Below, piece by piece: positions 58,183 to 64,000 of a DNA stretch of 64,000 bases. The notes beneath the pieces are model-generated. The model saw only the letters and a list, made by a program, of their open reading frames with translations. It had not been told where the DNA came from and ran no database searches. This DNA comes from an uncultured Pseudomonadota bacterium (lineage in GTDB: Bacteria; Pseudomonadota; Alphaproteobacteria; Rs-D84): positions 80,621 to 144,620 of the forward strand of contig CAMZIQ010000002.1 in the NCBI GenBank assembly GCA_947307295.1, written 5' to 3'. Positions within the stretch are counted from its first letter, which is position 1. Every line of letters begins with the position of its first letter. The position numbers were made by a program, and so were the translations under genes.

Positions 58183-59715
58183 TTATTTAGATATATTTAC
58201 AATTTCTGCATCTTTGAATAAATCCATTGCGCTGGCAACCATAGGGTCTGCCGCAATTTCAGATTTATTGTGTTCAGATATAGTTTGTTGATGTGGTGTT
58301 TCATCTACGCGTTCCAGAACCCAATCATTGCCAGTATTATCTTTTAACCATAATGCTAATTTTTGAGTAAAATTTTTATCATTTTGTCTATCAAAATATT
58401 TTATTTTATTGTTGCCAAATTCAATTATTTCAAGATTAGAACTGAAATAAGAATACAACAATAATTCGCGCGCTTTCTGTAATTCTTCAACCAACATTTC
58501 TGCAGAAGTTATGTTTAAAAATTTTGGTTTTTCAACCACAGGAGCCTCTGGTTGTTTTACAGGTGTTTTTTCGGGCTGTTGTTTTAATAGTTCTGGAATA
58601 GATGGCATGTCTGCAATGTGCATCAAACGTATAACCAGCATATCAAAACATTGTTTTTGATTACCAGATGCCTGTAATTCAGGTACAGCTGCAACCATAA
58701 CTTGCCATATTCTTGATAATGTATTCAAAGAAATTGTTTCGTCTATCTTTTTTATAGTTTCGCGTTGATCCGCAGTATATGGTGAAGATACAACATCTTG
58801 TAATCTTAAAGATTGGTGCATACGTGTTGCCCAATGAGTCCATTCCATCATATCATTTAACAACATCGTTAAATCTGCGCCATTAGAATAAATTTCGTCT
58901 AATTTATTCAAAGCGGCACTTACATCACCAGATAAAACAACCTTCATAAAATTAACAACTGTACCCCTGTCTGTTCGTTTAAGCATATCCAATACAGCGC
59001 CTTCGTCAACGTGACCACCTGTTTGCGCGATTGCTTGGTCAAGCAAAGACAATCCATCGCGGACAGAACCATCTGCCGCACGTGCCAACAATTCGTTGGC
59101 TTCAGCAGATAATTCGATTTTTTCTTGTTCTGCAACCCATGCAAAATGTTTTTTCAAAGTTTCAACAGGAACGCGAGCCAAATCAAACCGTTGGCAACGT
59201 GATAAAATAGTGACAGGAACCTTTCTTATTTCTGTTGTAGCCAAAATAAATATAACATGTGCAGGAGGTTCTTCCAGGGTTTTCAGCAACGCGTTAAATG
59301 CGCTGGGCGATAGCATGTGAACTTCGTCAATAATATATACTTTGTATCGTGCGTTTGTGGGACGATAAAGTGCTGCATCTAATATTTCACGCATATTATC
59401 AACGCCAGTATGCGAAGCCGCATCGATTTCCATAACGTCAATATGTTGACCCGCCGCAATAGCCCGACAATTTTCACATTCACCACATGGCTTTGATGTT
59501 GCCTTATCGGACGATAAACAATTCAAAGCTTTTGCCAAAATACGCGCGGTACTGGTTTTTCCAGTTCCGCGAATACCAGTAAAAATATAAGCGTGTGCAA
59601 TACGCCCAGTATTAATGGCAGTTGTTAAAGTTTTGACCAAAACATCTTGACCAATAAGAGTTTCGAAATTTTGGCTGCGATATTTGCGTGCTAAAACGGT
59701 ATAATTATTTTCCAT
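58183..59715 (-). CDS. dnaX: DNA polymerase III subunits gamma/tau
   Basis: AAA+ Walker A GIRGTGKTS, zinc module CGECENC, sensor motifs, 510 aa. Confidence 0.92.
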   Translation of the reverse strand: MENNYTVLARKYRSQNFETLIGQDVLVKTLTTAINTGRIAHAYIFTGIRGTGKTSTARILAKALNCLSSDKATSKPCGECENCRAIAAGQHIDVMEIDAASHTGVDNMREILDAALYRPTNARYKVYIIDEVHMLSPSAFNALLKTLEEPPAHVIFILATTEIRKVPVTILSRCQRFDLARVPVETLKKHFAWVAEQEKIELSAEANELLARAADGSVRDGLSLLDQAIAQTGGHVDEGAVLDMLKRTDRGTVVNFMKVVLSGDVSAALNKLDEIYSNGADLTMLLNDMMEWTHWATRMHQSLRLQDVVSSPYTADQRETIKKIDETISLNTLSRIWQVMVAAVPELQASGNQKQCFDMLVIRLMHIADMPSIPELLKQQPEKTPVKQPEAPVVEKPKFLNITSAEMLVEELQKARELLLYSYFSSNLEIIEFGNNKIKYFDRQNDKNFTQKLALWLKDNTGNDWVLERVDETPHQQTISEHNKSEIAADPMVASAMDLFKDAEIVNISK

Positions 59716-59781
59716 GATGCTTCCTTATGTCAGAAAGCATAGCAAATAAATATATGATTTCAATTAAAAAACGCAGTTAAA

Positions 59782-60108
59782 TTATTTTAAATTTGTGATG
59801 AAATCAGGAAATCCCATTTCTTCATCTTCGCCAGAATCATTTGTTTCGCCCGCATCAGTTGAATCTGTTGTTTCAGCGATTTCTTCGGGAACCACAGTTT
59901 TATCTTTGGGATCGCGCTGAGAATCAATTTTCATTTGTTCTTCGTTTGCGATACGACAATAGTGTTCAGCCGCCTGCAATAAACGTTCACGTTCAACTTC
60001 ATCGCTAGTTTGACGAGCCTGGTCAATATATTGTTTTCTTTTCTGACGCCATTTATGACAGCGTTGAATCATCTGTCCCACAGGGGTTTGATTTTTTTTA
60101 TTAGCCAT
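59782..60108 (-). CDS. DUF4167-like conserved alphaproteobacterial protein
   Basis: QAAEHYCRIANEE resembles the DUF4167 QHAEHYFRI signature. Basic N-terminus, acidic C-terminus. Confidence 0.45.
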   Translation of the reverse strand: MANKKNQTPVGQMIQRCHKWRQKRKQYIDQARQTSDEVERERLLQAAEHYCRIANEEQMKIDSQRDPKDKTVVPEEIAETTDSTDAGETNDSGEDEEMGFPDFITNLK

Positions 60109-60232
60109 TTTGTTTCTTTTGTTAAAGGAAATATTCTTTCTCTAAGCAGTAATTTTTATTACCACCTAACGTTTCAACAGTAGATATGTTATAACATCTT
60201 AAAACTGATTGCAATAATTTTTTTCAATTGCT

Positions 60233-61612
60233 ATGCTTAACGACATAAGGGGGGATTTTTTGCAAAATCAACGGGGTAATTTTCTATTGCAGGCTTTGTT
60301 GGCGTTGACTTTGGTCTTTGCTTTTATGCCGTTTTTTGCTAATAAATTGTCTTCGCGTGATACTGCGGCACAAATGTATACGGCAACAGAACAAATTGAA
60401 ACTGCGTATAACGCAGCGCGTATATATTTACGCGAAGAAAAAGACAATCTGCCATATAAAAAGCAAGAATTATCAGAAAGCGCTTTTGTAGATGTATTAG
60501 AAAGTTATGGTTTGCCACTCGGTTTTGTCCCAGAAACCAGTTTTAAGCAAAAGATATCTTTGGTCATAGATAAAAACCAAGATGGCATAAGGGGATATAT
60601 TAAAATAGATGGTGGAAAATTATCAAAAATACAAATCGCAGAAATGGCACGAAGAATTGGTTTTTACGCCGTGGCTAATAGTTCTGGCATAGAAGTTAAT
60701 ATTCCGATTGATACGATGTATTCTGATATTGTGTCAAAAAAGGAAACTGATGAAAATATTGGTTTCTTGGCAGAATTAGACATGAATGGAAACTCTATAG
60801 ACAAAGCCGGTGTTTTGTTTGCGCGTAATGGCAATTTTGAAACGGCTCAGTTTAATACATTGGTGCTTTATGGGGTAGAATCAAATCGTAAAGAAAAAAA
60901 TAAAATATCTGACATATATGCAAACAGGACTGTTTTTCAAAGTGCGGATGGTGGCGCAGCATTATCTATGGCCAAGGGCGAATTAAATGTTAGTGATTTA
61001 TCTTTGCGTACAATTTCTAAATTTGGTGTGGCGGGCGGTTTTGAATCTAATTCTGCCGCGGTTTATGATTTTTCAATGGCAGAAGGCAAAGCTGGATTTG
61101 TTGGTCCATCTGATTGGCAAGTACACGGTTCTGTACGTTCTGATAATTTTAGCTTTGTGGTGGATAGGTTAGATATAGGTTCTTATTTTGATGCTTCTCG
61201 TGGTCAAGATGTTTATATTGATTCAGACACTTTGTCGTACAATACAAAAATGGGTGTCGAAGTAAACAATATCTATGCTGCCAACATATCTTTACGTGAT
61301 CAAACATCGTATGGTTTATTAAACGGTCAAAGTGGCGCGCTATTAATAGATATTCGTCCGGCTGGAACATCTGTTTTGCCAGATGTTCTTATAGATACAA
61401 TAAATAATGATTCTTTTGATATTATTGCGAATGCAAAAGATATGGATGGTAAAACTGTATCTTGTCGAGATATTATCTCAGGATTAAATGTTGAATATAA
61501 TAATAAATCTTTGGTGCAAAATATTGTTTGTCAGTATGTTTTTTGGCAAAGATTAGAAGCGAGGATAGATATAAAACAATGTATGGTAAATGGTAGAAAT
61601 GACTGTCTATAA
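60233..61612 (+). CDS. large (≈450 aa) type IV prepilin-like protein; probable TTG start at 60260 giving MQNQRG|NFLLQALLALTLVFAF
   Basis: Short basic leader ending Q-R-G, followed by a ~20-aa hydrophobic helix. RBS aagggggg 60250-60257. Confidence 0.5.
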   Translation: MLNDIRGDFLQNQRGNFLLQALLALTLVFAFMPFFANKLSSRDTAAQMYTATEQIETAYNAARIYLREEKDNLPYKKQELSESAFVDVLESYGLPLGFVPETSFKQKISLVIDKNQDGIRGYIKIDGGKLSKIQIAEMARRIGFYAVANSSGIEVNIPIDTMYSDIVSKKETDENIGFLAELDMNGNSIDKAGVLFARNGNFETAQFNTLVLYGVESNRKEKNKISDIYANRTVFQSADGGAALSMAKGELNVSDLSLRTISKFGVAGGFESNSAAVYDFSMAEGKAGFVGPSDWQVHGSVRSDNFSFVVDRLDIGSYFDASRGQDVYIDSDTLSYNTKMGVEVNNIYAANISLRDQTSYGLLNGQSGALLIDIRPAGTSVLPDVLIDTINNDSFDIIANAKDMDGKTVSCRDIISGLNVEYNNKSLVQNIVCQYVFWQRLEARIDIKQCMVNGRNDCL

Positions 61613-62795
61613 AAAACATTTTAATCGTGCAAGCTTGCTCGCACAACGCGGGGCTTCGATGACAGAAGTAATTCTGGCAGTAGCTGTCGTTATCGTTGTG
61701 TCGCCTTTTTTATACAATCAAATTATAGATATGGTGCATGAATCTACAGATATAGCGATGGCGAATCAAATTGTTAATTTACGTGGTGGAATTATAAATT
61801 TTTTACGCATAAACCAAACAGAATGGGCAGATACGGTCGAAATAAAAATGACTGAAGAGCAAATTAAAGAAATCGCCCCATTTGCTCACAGTGGGTTTAT
61901 TGATAAATACAAAGTAAATGGTGCATCGATTACAGATGTGTATCTGGCTTTTGATATAGATGCGCCAGATTATAGAATTGCCAGTATTGCTAAACAAATT
62001 GGTGAAGATGCTGCGGTGGTTCGCGAAGACGGAATTGCTTATTCACAAAGTTGGGCTGTGTCTGCCCCAGAAGATTTTTATGTCGGCGATTTGATTTATA
62101 GAATTTCTCGTGATTTTGAAGGTGCAGACAGAACGCGATTTTTACATCGTGGAACGATGGGCGAAGATGGTTTAAATCAAATGCAACGTGATTTACATTT
62201 AAACAATTATAACATATTTAATGTAAGTACCATTGATGCAGTATCTGCCAAAATCATAGACGTTGATGCAGTATTTCTGGATTCAGATGTTATCGATGCA
62301 AATAGTGTATATTTTTCTTCTGGTGCGAATATGAATTCTGCAAATATTGCTGTTAATTCGATGCGTGTGACTGGCGATACGAACGGTTTTAAGATGATAA
62401 GTGCAGATAAATTAAATGGTGATAAATACACTACAAATGGACGTATTGTGGCAGACAGAGCAACTGTTGGAAAATCAATAAATGTATCTGGTAATTTGAT
62501 TTTAAAATCTTCTGGGGCGCAGACTATTAATGGTTTTGGTGGAATATCCATGAATAAACTTTTGACACCTTATATATCGGCTACGGATATGGCATTTTTT
62601 GAAAATTTTGGTGTGACAGTATCGGGCGAATTACTGTTGGCTGGCGAAGCACCTTTGAAAATAGGTTCTTGGTATTTTCCTTCGACAACGCCACCATCTT
62701 TTTCAAAGTTTATATTGACGCGTGCGACAATACCATCTGTGCCGGATGCATCTGAGTTTAAAGCAATCATACAAAAAAATTGGCAGAATAAGTAA
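61590..62795 (+). CDS. large (≈390 aa) type IV prepilin-like protein; possible in-frame TTG start at 61635 giving MLAQRG|ASMTEVILAVAVVIVV
   Basis: Leader ending Q-R-G with Glu at +5 and a hydrophobic helix. Overlaps the stop of the upstream gene. Confidence 0.5.
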   Translation: MVEMTVYKKHFNRASLLAQRGASMTEVILAVAVVIVVSPFLYNQIIDMVHESTDIAMANQIVNLRGGIINFLRINQTEWADTVEIKMTEEQIKEIAPFAHSGFIDKYKVNGASITDVYLAFDIDAPDYRIASIAKQIGEDAAVVREDGIAYSQSWAVSAPEDFYVGDLIYRISRDFEGADRTRFLHRGTMGEDGLNQMQRDLHLNNYNIFNVSTIDAVSAKIIDVDAVFLDSDVIDANSVYFSSGANMNSANIAVNSMRVTGDTNGFKMISADKLNGDKYTTNGRIVADRATVGKSINVSGNLILKSSGAQTINGFGGISMNKLLTPYISATDMAFFENFGVTVSGELLLAGEAPLKIGSWYFPSTTPPSFSKFILTRATIPSVPDASEFKAIIQKNWQNK

Positions 62796-64000
62796 TGATA
62801 AAAAAACGTACTTTTCTTTATCGAAATATGCAACATGGCGGGATGCTGGTTGAATTGATGATGACAATAGCATTGGCTGCGATAATAATTCCTTTTGTTT
62901 TCAGATATCAGCAAACCGCAGTTGTTCGTGCAAGAAATGTTGCAATAGCAAAACAAATGGAAAATGTGCAAAGTGTTTTGGAAAGATATATTATTGAAAA
63001 CAAAACAGAATTAATGAAGCCGACTGGTAAAAATATATCGCGTGTAAAAATATCTGATTTGGTTAATTATGGATTGCCTGAATATATTGCCACAGATTAC
63101 AAAGACGATTACCAATTGCGTGTATTAAAAACAGCAGATAAAAATAATAAATCTGTATTGCAAGGAATTGTAATTTTATCCAACAGCGAAATTACCCCGC
63201 TTCGTACACGCGAAATAGTAAATCTTGGTGGTGGACAAATAGGTTTTACAGAAAACGGCATAACACATGGTGGTTTTGGTGCTTTTCGTACAAATACATC
63301 TGAATTTGGTATCAAAGATGCCAAAGGCTTGATTGGAACGACTGCGACTACACGTGGTAATACAGAATATTTATGGCGACTGCCATCAGAAAACGAAAGT
63401 GATGCGACAATGTTATCGCCTTTGAATATTGATGGACATGATATAACCAAAGTAAATTTTTTTGATGCCAGCAAAGCGCAATTTGAAGAAAGATTAAAAG
63501 TCAGTAAAATTGCGACAGATTCATTAATGTTTTCTAATCGTGCAACCATAGATGCGATTTTTGCTACTAATACAGCGGTAGTAAATGGGGCTTTTACATC
63601 GGATTCGCGTAATTTAAATGTGGGTGGAACATTGGCTTTGGCAGATTCAGCAAAATTTTCTACATTTTATACAAATGATTTGTACGTGAACACATTAACG
63701 TTAAGTGGGTTTAGTATATCATCAACATCTGGCAAATCTTCAACTTTGCAAATTATTGGCGATATGGATTTAATTTTGGGTCGTATAACTGCGGCATATG
63801 TTTCTGTTGGATATACAGGTTCTGTGACACCGCAATTAACAGTCACTAATAAAATTCAAGACCCAAAAGATTCATCTTATTACTGGGATATCGGGAATAA
63901 AAAAGCACGTTTTTCAGATGTGAATTTCCCTGATTTGTCGCGAATGGCATCTCAGATAGTAAGGCTAGAATCTGTATCTGGCACGGTTGCAACGACTGTA
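62796..64000 (+). CDS. large type IV prepilin-like protein, 5' part (≥401 aa; runs off window end; not in ORF track)
   Basis: ATG at 62796 overlaps the upstream stop (taATG). N-terminus MIKKRTFLYRNMQHGGMLVELMMTIALAAIIIPFVF is a classic prepilin signal. The frame stays open to position 64000. Confidence 0.6.

Overview
This is an AT-rich window from a Gram-negative genome that looks alphaproteobacterial. A DUF4167-like protein, the parAB-rsmG cluster and Lpt/Pal/MreB envelope genes point to a Rickettsiales- or Holosporales-like endosymbiont, but that placement is an inference. The backbone is ordinary housekeeping: mnmG (partial), fabG, fabD, queH, metG, mreB, rnpA-yidD, accBC, rpsO, truB, mutS, xseB, infC, pal, parAB, rsmG, gpsA, pnp, ybaB, rlmN, a surA-like gene, lptD, lptF/G, nusA, infB, skp, dnaX and two tRNA-Val genes.

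The most notable feature is at 5317..23528. An integrase-bearing integrative element of about 9.08 kb sits in tRNA-Val(GAC) as two head-to-tail copies that appear identical. Each unit is exactly 9082 bp and is bounded by a 48-bp att core that equals the 5' half of the tRNA. Each unit carries the following:
- a Type II R-M pair (candidate REase plus a Dcm-type C5-MTase);
- a Nuc-like PLD (HKD) nuclease with a lipoprotein signal peptide;
- a large winged-HTH protein fused to a degenerate N6/N4 amino-MTase fold (DIPF instead of DPPY, eroded FxGSGTT);
- an AlpA-like HTH protein;
- an HUH Rep/MobT-like protein;
- a consensus sigma70 promoter embedded in GTGTAYAC operator repeats;
- an XRE-like regulator;
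- a P4-type tyrosine integrase and an excisionase-like protein.

Other observations worth a second look:
- A roughly 190-nt repeat ends in a terminator hairpin and sits immediately 5' of three different genes for secreted proteins. One of those copies is inside the element.
- A cluster of four prepilin-like genes has Q-x-G leaders, and three of the products are unusually large (over 400 aa).
- A paralogous pair encodes secreted glycine-zipper coiled-coil proteins, one with tandem Cys-rich repeats.
- A near-identical terminator hairpin recurs at several 3' ends.

No CRISPR arrays or rRNA genes were seen. All calls rest on reading the sequence and ORF translations by eye. No database search was run.
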